Shown here: positions 55,676 to 64,000 of the stretch, piece after piece
Position numbering within the stretch: the stretch's first letter is position 1
Layout of the letters: each line of letters begins with the position of its first letter
NCBI GenBank assembly: GCA_013426015.1
Contig: CP058998.1
Location: 1,050,758-1,114,757 of the forward strand
Direction of reading: 5' to 3'
Origin: Candidatus Fermentimicrarchaeum limneticum
GTDB lineage: Archaea; Micrarchaeota; Micrarchaeia; Burarchaeales; Fermentimicrarchaeaceae
DNA: 64,000 nucleotides
Position numbers and translations under genes: made by a program
Notes under the pieces: generated by a model
Seen by the model: the letters and a program-made list of their open reading frames with translations, nothing else
Told to the model about the DNA's origin: nothing
The model's database searches: none

Positions 55676-56905
55676 ATGGATTTGGCTTACCTCTCGAAGC
55701 TTTCAGGAGTAGGAGGAGTGCTGAAGAGTTCCCCAGAAGATTTCATAGTAGAGGAGATAACCAAGGAAGGGGAAGTTCTTGAGCTGGGCAAGCGCTTTGA
55801 GAAGGAAGGGGACGGGGATTTCACCCGCTTCGTTCTGCAGAAGAGGAACTGGAACACCCTGCAGGCTCTCAGGGAGATTGGCAATAAGCTGCACTGCGGC
55901 ATGAAGAGATTTGGTTATGCTGGTGTGAAGGACAGGAATGCAGTGACAACCCAGCTCGCCAGCGCGTTCAGAATAGATCGTACAGCTCTCTTGAGTGTCA
56001 GAATAAAGGACATCCAGATAAACGGAGCATGGAGAGCCAAGGAGAAGGTGAGGATTGGAGAGCTGCTGGGCAACAGGTTCACGATTACTGCTAGGGATGC
56101 TGCAGCTGATGCCGAGACTGCGGTTAATGGGATATATGCAGATACAAATGGCCTATTCCCAAATTACTTCGGAGAGCAGAGGTTCGGGAGCATAAGAAAG
56201 AACACCCATCTTGTTGGAAAGGCGATTGTTTCCGGAAACTTCAAGGAAGCAGTTTGGAACTACCTTACGTATCTGGACGAGGCTGAGAGAGAGGAAGGAA
56301 AGGAAGCACGTAAAAAACTTGCAGAGGACGGGGACTTCAAAAAAGCACTAGACTACTTTCCGAAATACCTGGGATATGAGAGGACCATGCTGAACCATCT
56401 ATCGGCAAACCCGACGGATTACGTGAATGCGCTGAGGAAACTGCCCAGGGGGCTCTCACTGATGTTTGTGCATGCTTACCAAAGTTATATATTCAATAAA
56501 ACCCTAAGCAAAAAAATATCAGAAGGCAGGGTTTCAATAGAGTTGGGGGACATGTTTTGCGGAAAAGACAGGTTCGGCTTTCCTAAGTTGGACGAGGTAA
56601 GAAAGGCTGAAAGCAGAGCAGAGGCCGGCGAGTACCTGCCAGTGGGCAGAGTCATAGGATATGAAACGACAGAACTCAGCGATGAGGAGAGAGGGATTCT
56701 TGAGGAGGAGGGAGTAAGCGAGAAGGAGTTCTTAATAAACTCCTTTCCTGAGCTCAGCTCGAAGGGCACTCTGAGGAGTTTCTTCATATCGGTAGAAAAA
56801 CTGAGATTCAGCTACGAGTCAGACAAGATGATTTTTAACTTCTGCCTCCCCTCGGGCTCCTATGCAACATCGCTCATGAGAGAATTTATCGACAGGTGCA
56901 AATAG
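55676..56905 (+). CDS. truD: tRNA pseudouridine synthase TruD (Pus7-like)
   Basis: It has EDFIVEEI at the N-terminus and FGYAGVKDRNAVTTQ (the catalytic GxKD box), with a ~400 aa length typical of archaeal TruD. Confidence 0.65.
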   Translation: MDLAYLSKLSGVGGVLKSSPEDFIVEEITKEGEVLELGKRFEKEGDGDFTRFVLQKRNWNTLQALREIGNKLHCGMKRFGYAGVKDRNAVTTQLASAFRIDRTALLSVRIKDIQINGAWRAKEKVRIGELLGNRFTITARDAAADAETAVNGIYADTNGLFPNYFGEQRFGSIRKNTHLVGKAIVSGNFKEAVWNYLTYLDEAEREEGKEARKKLAEDGDFKKALDYFPKYLGYERTMLNHLSANPTDYVNALRKLPRGLSLMFVHAYQSYIFNKTLSKKISEGRVSIELGDMFCGKDRFGFPKLDEVRKAESRAEAGEYLPVGRVIGYETTELSDEERGILEEEGVSEKEFLINSFPELSSKGTLRSFFISVEKLRFSYESDKMIFNFCLPSGSYATSLMREFIDRCK

Positions 56906-57775
56906 ATGAGAAAAATTGCAATAATACTCTTGCTTGTTTTCATTCTGGCGTGGGGCAACCAGCTCGATAAGATGAACTGGGTGTCTTTCAACTGGTTCAA
57001 CATCCCAAACTCCGAGGAGCTCTACCTTCTGGAATACCCAAAAACTGTTTCCGGGGATGTTCTGCAGTTCGAAGTATACTCAAGCAAGGATTACATCTGT
57101 TCAATCTACTTGTGCAACATAACCTTGGAAAAGCAGCTTGCAGAGGGACGCAACAGCATAGAGCTCGGCACGGAGGGCTGCGGGCAAGAAATGCTCACTA
57201 TAGTATCATGCGGAGAATCCCTTGTCCGCTTCTACTCAAACAGAACCAACGTAAGCTTTGGAAATGAGTACATTGATGCAAAGTTTTCTGCAATCCCGAA
57301 TAAGAGAATAGCCGGGCTTGACATAATGTTCAGCTCAAGACTAAATGACGCAGCTTACAAAAATTTCGAGATCCTTGTGGACGGAAGAACAGTAGTCCGC
57401 CCAACGTACTTCTTCAAAAGTGGGGAGCGCGAGTCCTACGCCGCAGAAGAATTGCATCTCGACCCAGGGAACCACCGTATTGAACTCAGATACGAAAACA
57501 GAACGCTCGACAGTAGGAACATATCAATTGAAGGCCAGCCCTTCCCGCTTCAGGATGCGGTGGACATACTCCTCTCGCTCGGGATTGCAGTTTTGATTAA
57601 GGAAAAATACAAGCTTGACTGGCTGCTGTCCTCACTTGTGTTCTTCGGTTTGTCATTCTCAGCGCTTGCGCTACAGCTACAGCTGCAGAAAAACCTGGGG
57701 TTCAACGAATGGTTGCTACCGCTTACACTTGCGTTAGCTTTGGTGTTAATATGGAAGTCGAAAGGGAAGCAATAA
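56906..57775 (+). CDS. Hypothetical membrane/secreted protein
   Basis: It has an N-terminal signal/TM segment IAIILLLVFILAWG and C-terminal TM segments. It is 289 aa. Confidence 0.35.
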   Translation: MRKIAIILLLVFILAWGNQLDKMNWVSFNWFNIPNSEELYLLEYPKTVSGDVLQFEVYSSKDYICSIYLCNITLEKQLAEGRNSIELGTEGCGQEMLTIVSCGESLVRFYSNRTNVSFGNEYIDAKFSAIPNKRIAGLDIMFSSRLNDAAYKNFEILVDGRTVVRPTYFFKSGERESYAAEELHLDPGNHRIELRYENRTLDSRNISIEGQPFPLQDAVDILLSLGIAVLIKEKYKLDWLLSSLVFFGLSFSALALQLQLQKNLGFNEWLLPLTLALALVLIWKSKGKQ

Positions 57776-59106
57776 TTTTTGGCATAATCTTCACATTAGT
57801 AATAGCCGTGCTCATACTCAGATTCGGCCCGGTTGACTGGTGGGGTGCGTACTACTATCGAAATGTCCAGAATGCGCTTGAGCAAGGAAACACCCTGTTC
57901 TACGATGACCTAAGCTACCTCGGTAGGAATTTCACCTACCCGCCCGTATTCTTCCAGATAGCAAGTGAGATATCGCTCCTGCTTGGTGCAACCAACTATG
58001 AATCAATCAGATTGCCCTTCCACCTCTTCGTAGTGTTCGTCTACGCAGTTTCCATGTACCTCTTGTTCAGGAACTTCAAAACCTGGCAGCAGAGGGTTGC
58101 GGGGGCTTCACTATTCGCAACCCACGCCTTCGTCATGATATTCTCCGCCACCGTAACGCTGCACGTGGTTGCCTATACCTTCATGAACATTTCGCTTCTT
58201 CTGCTGGAGAAGAGGGAGAGCGTGCTGAAAATTCTTTCAGTGGTGTTCCTGTCAGTTGCTCTGTCCGCTCATCCCACCAGCATCGTGCTCTTCCCCGTTT
58301 ATGTCTATGCAGTCGGGCGCTTCAAGATTGACTGGGATAGGTTCAAGAATGCCGCGATCACGCTCGTGACTGCTTCATTCCTTTCTCTCATTTTCTATCT
58401 GCCGCTGTTCATAATAAACGGGTTGCCCTACGAGACCGCCTCGAATCTGTGGGGCTACTTCCTCTCCTACGGTTTTGTGGGAGTTCTCTACGACATGCAG
58501 TTCCTTCTGCCGCTTGTCCTTATAACCTCACTCTTTGCGGTGATAAGAAAACCGTTCCAGCTTGCCGCGCTACTCCTCGTGCTTGCCGTGCTTGTCAATG
58601 CGTTTATCGCGTTCAGAGTGAACCTTATTGTCACAATAATGCTCTCCTTCCTCTTCCCGATGGTTTTCGGGGAAAAGCTGAAAGATGCGCTGGTACTGTC
58701 AGTCTTCTTCGTGTTCATACTGGCAAACATGCTCCTCATCCCAGTGCTCTTCTCCGGTACGACGAGATGGTGCAGGTGGGTTTATGCCGATGACATGTGC
58801 ACAAAGCCCATGCAGTTTATAGATACGTTCACGTCAACAGGTGAAAGGGTTGCAATAAATCCCGAATACGGGCACCTTGAGACCTACATAGGACAAAGAA
58901 AGGTTCTGGCAGACCTCTATGTGGAGTACGCGCCAAGCGATAAGTTCTATGCGGAGTATAATTTCTACGAGAAAGCCGACCCCACGTATCTGGAAGGCTA
59001 TAACATAACCCTTCTTGTGCTTGATGACACCGACCACCTCAGGGATATAGAGGATGCAGACAGAGTATATGACAATGGGTTTGTCCATATGTACAGGGAG
59101 AGATGA
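57709..59106 (+). CDS. Polytopic GT-C-fold membrane glycosyltransferase-like protein (ArnT/PMT-like)
   Basis: It has 11 or more TM helices and a soluble C-terminal domain. It is immediately followed by a dolichyl/undecaprenyl-phosphate sugar synthase-like GT2, the classic ArnT/ArnC-type pairing. Confidence 0.35.
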   Translation: MVATAYTCVSFGVNMEVEREAIIFGIIFTLVIAVLILRFGPVDWWGAYYYRNVQNALEQGNTLFYDDLSYLGRNFTYPPVFFQIASEISLLLGATNYESIRLPFHLFVVFVYAVSMYLLFRNFKTWQQRVAGASLFATHAFVMIFSATVTLHVVAYTFMNISLLLLEKRESVLKILSVVFLSVALSAHPTSIVLFPVYVYAVGRFKIDWDRFKNAAITLVTASFLSLIFYLPLFIINGLPYETASNLWGYFLSYGFVGVLYDMQFLLPLVLITSLFAVIRKPFQLAALLLVLAVLVNAFIAFRVNLIVTIMLSFLFPMVFGEKLKDALVLSVFFVFILANMLLIPVLFSGTTRWCRWVYADDMCTKPMQFIDTFTSTGERVAINPEYGHLETYIGQRKVLADLYVEYAPSDKFYAEYNFYEKADPTYLEGYNITLLVLDDTDHLRDIEDADRVYDNGFVHMYRER

Positions 59107-59764
59107 TATGTTCACGGTGGTTGTGCCAGCCTATAACGAGGAGGAGAACATAGGGAATTTCCTCAAGGAGCTAGTCAAGGAAGCAAAGGATATTATAGTT
59201 GTTGACGATGGCTCGACTGACAGCACATACTCCATTGCAAAAAAATTCAAGGTCAGGGTGATAAGGCATAAACGTAACATGGGGAAGAGCCAAGCAATCA
59301 TAACAGGCCTGAAGACTGCCAGGAGCAAGGCTGTGGTGCTGATAGACGGCGACAACCAGCTTTCCCCAAGATACATACCTGCTTTTGTGAAGGAGCTCGA
59401 GAAATGCGATCTGGTCATTGGCAACAGATTCCTTGCAGGGGCTAAATTCCCATTCAGCAGACTCATTGCAAATTTGCTCATAATCAAGCTTGTTTCTTTG
59501 AAAATACCCGAGGTGGGGGACCCGCTGAACGGACTTAGGGCGTTGAGGAGAAGCAAATTCAAAGACTTAGAGGGGGACGGCTTCGGGGTAGACCTAGACA
59601 TGCTTTTCAAAGCAAAGAAAAAGAACCTGAGGATACGCCAGCTGCCAGTTGCTGCTGACTACTCGATTCAAAAGGAAATGAGCCTATCTGATTACATAAA
59701 AAAGACTTTCCGGTATGGGCAGATTCTCCTGCAGGCAATAGAATTCCTCCTAGCGTCCGGCTGA
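59107..59764 (+). CDS. GT2-family glycosyltransferase (polyprenyl-phosphate sugar synthase-like)
   Basis: It carries FTVVVPAYNEEENI, VVDDGSTDST and LIDGDNQ (DxD). The start is set at ATG 59107; the ORF track extends it to 59054. Confidence 0.65.
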
Positions 59765-59842
59765 AAAGTCCCACTCCCATAGAATAGTATTTATTTAAAT
59801 AATGACGGATAAAACACTCTACGACAACCGAGAGATGACTAT

Positions 59843-61342
59843 ATGGACAGAGATTTGGTTACCCGTTGGCTTCTCGCAATTGCAATAATGGCAAGTGGAA
59901 TTGCCGGCATGAACTTTGGCGTATATCTACTTAGGTATATAGTGGTTACACCTGCCGAAATTGTACTCTCGCTAATTTTCCTCCTCCTAGTTACCTCAAA
60001 TACAGTATTTAACACCTTTGGCTGCTACTACTACCTCCGCTCATACGGACTAAACACATTCATACCCAAAAAACTTAGGACCTACCCCAGAGTTGCAGTG
60101 GCAATACCCACCAGAAATGAAGATGAGCAGATGGTTAAGAGAAATCTGGAGTCAATAACGCGGTTGGATTATCCAAAAGATAAGCTCAGGATATTCCTGC
60201 TTGACAATTCAACGAACAGATCGGAAGAACTTGAGAAATTCTGCAAAAAATTGGGAGTGAACTACGTCTACATGGAGAATCCTGCAAAGCTCAAAAGCTA
60301 CGTCATGAACAAGTTCCTTGACATGGTTGACGAGGAATATGTTGCGATATTCGATGCAGACGAGTACCTGACCGACCCGAGCTTCCTCAAGGAGACGCTG
60401 CCATGTCTTGATGGAAATGCAGGTTTTGTTCAAACAGAAAAGCAGTTCGCACCCGGCAGCTTCTTCGCAAACGGAGTCAATACCTACTATTCTTTCTTCT
60501 ACAAATTCATGCAACCGGTGAGAAACCTGTGCAGGAGCACGATGTTCTGCGGTTCATGCGGTGTTGTGAGGAGATCTGTTGTGAAGCAGGTTGGCGGCTT
60601 CCCAGCCACTCCAACTGAGGATGCAGCATTCGCATTCAAGGCAGACCTTGCAGGAAGAGGAGGGGTTTTCGTCTTGAAAACATATGCCCTAGGCGAAGCA
60701 ATAGAGCATTTCGAGACGTTCCTATCCCAACAGTGGAGGTATACAATAGGAAATATCTGGATTCTTATAGAATATCTCCAGAATTTCTTCAAACTAAAAG
60801 CTGAAAAACATATACATTACCTGGCTCAGACATTTGGTTACGCCTACCTCTCATCACTCTTCATTTTCTACTCTCTACTCTCAATAATATTTGTCATCAG
60901 TGATATAACCCTGAGGAGCATAAACTCCCAGGTTTTTCTACCTCAACATCTCAAGATGTTCGCAGCAAGTTATATGATAGCAATATTCCTGCTAGTAGTA
61001 GTCGGAGGCAGGCTCTATTTCGGCTCTTTCAGGTTGGGCATTATGGCGATGTTCCTCAACTTCTCAACAGCATTTGTGAGGACAAAAGCAATGATAGTAG
61101 GATTTTTGAACTTCAGACCCAGGTTCATCATGAGCAGACAGAGCAAGTTCAAGCATTCAATAATCGAGGTTCTCAAAGCAAACTTAATTGAGACTTCTTA
61201 TTCAGTTGTACTTCTCTCACTTTCGCTAGTCTCATTTTTAAGGAATGATGTTGTTAGTGCCTTCTGGCTTTTCTGGTACAGCACACTGTTCTTCTGCTCC
61301 TTCCTGTTCAGCTACGGTACTGAAGTTAAGCAATTGTTTTAA
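59843..61342 (+). CDS. Processive membrane GT2 glycosyltransferase (cellulose/chitin-synthase-like, QxxRW)
   Basis: It has N-terminal TMs, then VAVAIPTRNE, LLDNST, FDADEY and QQWRY (the QxxRW motif), then C-terminal TMs. Confidence 0.6.
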   Translation: MDRDLVTRWLLAIAIMASGIAGMNFGVYLLRYIVVTPAEIVLSLIFLLLVTSNTVFNTFGCYYYLRSYGLNTFIPKKLRTYPRVAVAIPTRNEDEQMVKRNLESITRLDYPKDKLRIFLLDNSTNRSEELEKFCKKLGVNYVYMENPAKLKSYVMNKFLDMVDEEYVAIFDADEYLTDPSFLKETLPCLDGNAGFVQTEKQFAPGSFFANGVNTYYSFFYKFMQPVRNLCRSTMFCGSCGVVRRSVVKQVGGFPATPTEDAAFAFKADLAGRGGVFVLKTYALGEAIEHFETFLSQQWRYTIGNIWILIEYLQNFFKLKAEKHIHYLAQTFGYAYLSSLFIFYSLLSIIFVISDITLRSINSQVFLPQHLKMFAASYMIAIFLLVVVGGRLYFGSFRLGIMAMFLNFSTAFVRTKAMIVGFLNFRPRFIMSRQSKFKHSIIEVLKANLIETSYSVVLLSLSLVSFLRNDVVSAFWLFWYSTLFFCSFLFSYGTEVKQLF

Positions 61343-61365
61343 ATAACCGAGCAGCAAATCCAAAT

Positions 61366-61665
61366 ATGCTCCTGATGAAGATTTTCAAGAAGAAGAACGA
61401 GAAGATAGTCGCAGTTTGTGATGCCGAGCTCATCGGCAAAGTCCTGAGGGAAGGAGAGCTTGTTCTGAATTTGGAGAAATATGCCGACTTCTACAATGGA
61501 GAGCAGGCTGATGAGGAATCCGTCGAGAGGGAGCTGCTTACAGCAACGTCAATCAACCTGGTTGGGGATAAAGCGACAGGAATTGCGAAGAGGATGAAGC
61601 TCGTGAGAGATTCCGACATAAAGAGGATACAGAAAGTCCCGCATGTGCAGGTGTACAGGATATGA
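61366..61665 (+). CDS. Small hypothetical protein (DUF424-like)
   Basis: It is 99 aa. The KIVAVCDAELIGKVLREGEL segment resembles the archaeal DUF424 family. Confidence 0.35.
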   Translation: MLLMKIFKKKNEKIVAVCDAELIGKVLREGELVLNLEKYADFYNGEQADEESVERELLTATSINLVGDKATGIAKRMKLVRDSDIKRIQKVPHVQVYRI

Positions 61666-61967
61666 AGAAGGCAAGCGGTGCTTTGACGAAGAAAACATTC
61701 AAACTCAACCAGAGTGAATTCTGGAGTGGTTTCATCAAAGGGCTTGCTACCGGTCTGCTCACCCTGCTCCTCTGGTATCTCACTTACTCATTCCTCATGA
61801 GAGCAGAAGTTTTTACCCTTGCGCTGCTGTTTGTAGGCGAATGGCTTCTGCCCGTATGCATTTTCCATGTGACGATGAAAAAGAACAGCGAGAAAATGGG
61901 CTTGCTGGTCAGCCACTACTGCATATTCCTTCTCGGCATGCTGTACGTGGCATTTCAGCTAATCTGA
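61662..61967 (+). CDS. Small membrane protein
   Basis: It has two TM helices (LATGLLTLLLWYLTYSFLM and LALLFVGEWLLPVCIF). Confidence 0.35.
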   Translation: MKKASGALTKKTFKLNQSEFWSGFIKGLATGLLTLLLWYLTYSFLMRAEVFTLALLFVGEWLLPVCIFHVTMKKNSEKMGLLVSHYCIFLLGMLYVAFQLI

Positions 61968-61968
61968 G

Positions 61969-62331
61969 GTGCTTTGTGGAATGAAGCTCAACTCAGGTGA
62001 AAGAATTGTTCTCAAGAAAAGCACACTTGCGAAAAGGGTTTTCACCGAGCGTAAGTTCCACGAAATTCCCATCTTAGGCAGTCACGCAGGGGTCAACATA
62101 TACCTGACCAACCAGAGAATATTTGTCGAGCTCATGCTGCTGCATTTCAAAATTGCAGAAATCCCTTTGAATGTCATACGGGACATCAGGAAGGAGAAGC
62201 ATTTATTATTCCAAACAATCATCATTGAGTGCAGGCAACAATCTGGTATAAGAAAGCTTGTTTTATCTCTAGGCGGCGATAGCGACCTCTGGTTCAGGAA
62301 AATTCAAGAGGCGAGAAGCCAGCTCCGCTAA
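61969..62331 (+). CDS. Small soluble hypothetical protein (PH-like?)
   Basis: It is 120 aa with coding-like composition and no diagnostic motif. Confidence 0.3.
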   Translation: MLCGMKLNSGERIVLKKSTLAKRVFTERKFHEIPILGSHAGVNIYLTNQRIFVELMLLHFKIAEIPLNVIRDIRKEKHLLFQTIIIECRQQSGIRKLVLSLGGDSDLWFRKIQEARSQLR

Positions 62332-62741
62332 AACCTGAAAAGCACCCTTGCCAGGATGACAACTGCGAGGATTGCGAGCAGGTATAAATAAGCTGTCTTT
62401 GAGGTTTCGGTTATCCCTTTGTAGTACGCGATATACAGCGTAGAGCATGAGAAAGATAAGACGAACAGAACAACCAAATGCAGCAATTCTCCTCCCCCTA
62501 TACTATCCCATGGGAGTCCTACGAGAATTCCATCCCTATCCATTATCTCAATAACTATCCAGAGAGAGACAGTCAGTATAATAGAGAGCAGAAACAGACA
62601 TACTAAAAGGTTCCGGAATTTCCTTCTCCTGCTTTCACCCGTCACCCTGTTGAATATCTTCATTCTAACCCGCATATCATCCAATCCTCTTATCCTCTGG
62701 ATGGGTCGTGAAAAGTTTGTACTCCTCGCTTCCCACAACAT
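62328..62741 (-). CDS. Small membrane protein
   Basis: It has three TM segments and is 137 aa. Confidence 0.35.
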   Translation of the reverse strand: MLWEARSTNFSRPIQRIRGLDDMRVRMKIFNRVTGESRRRKFRNLLVCLFLLSIILTVSLWIVIEIMDRDGILVGLPWDSIGGGELLHLVVLFVLSFSCSTLYIAYYKGITETSKTAYLYLLAILAVVILARVLFRF

Positions 62742-63978
62742 TCTTCAGAGGGATAAACGTATTACTGACAAAGAAGAGCCCGCTCCCGGGCTCTGCTGTG
62801 AGCAGATAGTTCTTTGTTGTTTCATTTAGCTTGAACGTTGTTGCAACGTCATCGATTATTGACGGCTTCATCCTCAGCAGAAGCTGCCAAGAGGAATTCG
62901 CCATCACTGCCTTGCCTGCCCTGCTGGTCAGGAGATCATATACATCCTGCGTCACCAGAACCAGTCCCATGTTGTGGTGCCTGCATGTTTTTACGATGTT
63001 GAGTATGTAACCCTCTTCCCCTTCTGTCTGGAGCAGCTTCCAGGCCTCATCCACCACGAGCAGCTTCTTCCTCAGATCCTTTCTCATCCTGTTGTAAACA
63101 AACTCAAGGATGACAAACATCACTATCCTTCTGACCTCCCTAGGAAGTGAACCCACCTTGAATGCAATAAACCTTCCATCCATCCTCTTTATGTTCGTCT
63201 GCCTGTTTATGAAGGAGTACGAGCCCCTCACGAACCTTCTCAGAGATGAGGATATGGCAGTTGCTGCCTCAGCTCTCTTGGCAAAACTACTCTTTCTCTC
63301 TTTTTCAACAAGGTTATACAAATCTGAGAGTGTTGGTGCTTCCCTCCCCCAAGTCTTTGGGTCGTGCGTTATACCCCTTTTCGCATATATCTTCTCAAAT
63401 GCCTCGTCAAGAAGATCCTTCATATCATCAGTAAGCTCGGAAACGAAGAATCTCATGAGGCCGTGCAGGAACAGCAGCTTCTCCTCATAACTCTGCTCGG
63501 TTATCTGGAATGGGTTTATGAATGCATCGGACTTTTCGGATAATTCGATGAGCTTCCCACCCAGACTCTTGGTCAGACCCTCATACTCCCCTTCCTCGCT
63601 TGGGTCAAGAATGATTATGTCCACCCCCTGCTGCAGAGCTCTGCAGAGGATTGTTTTGACTGCAAATGACTTTCCGCTTCCCGACATCCCTAGCACAAGA
63701 CCATTTGCGTTTTCAAAGGATTTTGAGAATACATCGCAGATTATAGGCATGCCGTCAAGCTGATTCTCCCCAAAGAGGATCCCCTGAGGCTGCGGCTCTA
63801 GGTATGCGCTCACAAACGGGAAACAGGCTGCAAGCGATGAGGAGGTCATGTTCCTTCCAATATGCAGCAGGTTGTAGCCTAGCGGGGCGCAGCTTCTGAA
63901 TCCCGCATCCATCCTTTCATATGTGACAGCAGGCTTAAGCCTTACTTCATTGAGTTTGGAAACGGTCAAGTCAGTCAA
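62677..63978 (-). CDS. HerA/VirB4-like AAA (DUF87-type) ATPase; the gene may extend beyond the window end
   Basis: It has Walker A VLGMSGSGKSFAVKT and Walker B LLVVDEAWKLL. The frame is open upstream of the annotated Met to the window edge. Confidence 0.5.
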   Translation of the reverse strand: MTDLTVSKLNEVRLKPAVTYERMDAGFRSCAPLGYNLLHIGRNMTSSSLAACFPFVSAYLEPQPQGILFGENQLDGMPIICDVFSKSFENANGLVLGMSGSGKSFAVKTILCRALQQGVDIIILDPSEEGEYEGLTKSLGGKLIELSEKSDAFINPFQITEQSYEEKLLFLHGLMRFFVSELTDDMKDLLDEAFEKIYAKRGITHDPKTWGREAPTLSDLYNLVEKERKSSFAKRAEAATAISSSLRRFVRGSYSFINRQTNIKRMDGRFIAFKVGSLPREVRRIVMFVILEFVYNRMRKDLRKKLLVVDEAWKLLQTEGEEGYILNIVKTCRHHNMGLVLVTQDVYDLLTSRAGKAVMANSSWQLLLRMKPSIIDDVATTFKLNETTKNYLLTAEPGSGLFFVSNTFIPLKNVVGSEEYKLFTTHPEDKRIG

Positions 63979-64000
63979 CAGGTCTAGCTTCTCAAGACTC

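Noticed and set aside
176-64000. Numerous 60-180-aa antisense ORFs in the six-frame track (e.g. 342..644, 1117..1512, 9883..10260, 15197..15731, 37809..38222, 47755..48297).
   Set aside because: Each lies fully within a longer, motif-supported gene on the opposite strand or another frame. None has recognisable motifs, so they are treated as spurious.
1-64000. Possible CRISPR array or rRNA.
   Set aside because: No regularly spaced direct repeats with unique spacers were seen, and no long non-coding stretches with rRNA-like conserved blocks. The only tandem repeats are the short in-gene 18-nt duplications and the dispersed IS-flank motif.

Overview
The window reads as an archaeal chromosome segment. 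Archaeal markers include RadA with an N-terminal HhH domain, RPA with a zinc ribbon, GGGP synthase, TruD, RNase Z, FlaI/FlaJ-type pilus machinery and many class III (type IV pilin-like) signal peptides; GC content is moderate.

The left 26 kb is one co-directional block of tightly packed or overlapping genes, likely a single operon-like unit, in this order:
- two KaiC-like ATPases;
- two paralogous pilin-like proteins carrying Asp-box (BNR) repeats;
- a prepilin (class III signal) peptidase;
- a complete His-Xaa-Ser (Hxs) radical-SAM system: two HxsD-like small proteins, the SPASM radical-SAM HxsB, the His-Xaa-Ser repeat precursor HxsA, and a large radical-SAM HxsC;
- embedded among these, a membrane HExxH metalloprotease-like protein, a Cys-rich anchored protein, five further tandem paralogous ~300-aa radical-SAM enzymes that overlap translationally, and a DUF362/2x[4Fe-4S] ferredoxin protein;
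- a 709-aa extremely Cys/Thr/Ser-rich secreted protein;
- four more pilin-like proteins, two of them large LamG-domain adhesins (679 and 1018 aa).

Downstream on the opposite strand lie two FlaJ/TadC-like membrane proteins and a FlaI/VirB11-type ATPase.

A radical-SAM maturation cascade embedded in an archaeal type IV pilus and adhesin locus is, to my knowledge, undescribed. The paralogous radical-SAM genes also share short perfectly identical nucleotide tracts, which suggests gene conversion.

Two IS200/IS605-family tnpB-only elements are present. A ~45-60 nt sequence, containing an archaeal TATA-like box followed by GGGGTAACTTTCCAGT, occurs four times. Two copies sit immediately 5' of the tnpB genes and two are solo.

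The right half carries housekeeping and envelope genes: secreted surface proteins, MinD-like ATPase, RNase Z, ABC-2 transporter, RadA, a DEDD exonuclease-like protein, RPA, SDR epimerase, GGGPS, an MgtC-like membrane protein, ThiC, an NFACT-N protein, TruD, a GT-C/GT2 glycosylation trio and a HerA/VirB4-like ATPase running off the window edge.

No rRNA, tRNA or CRISPR array was recognised.
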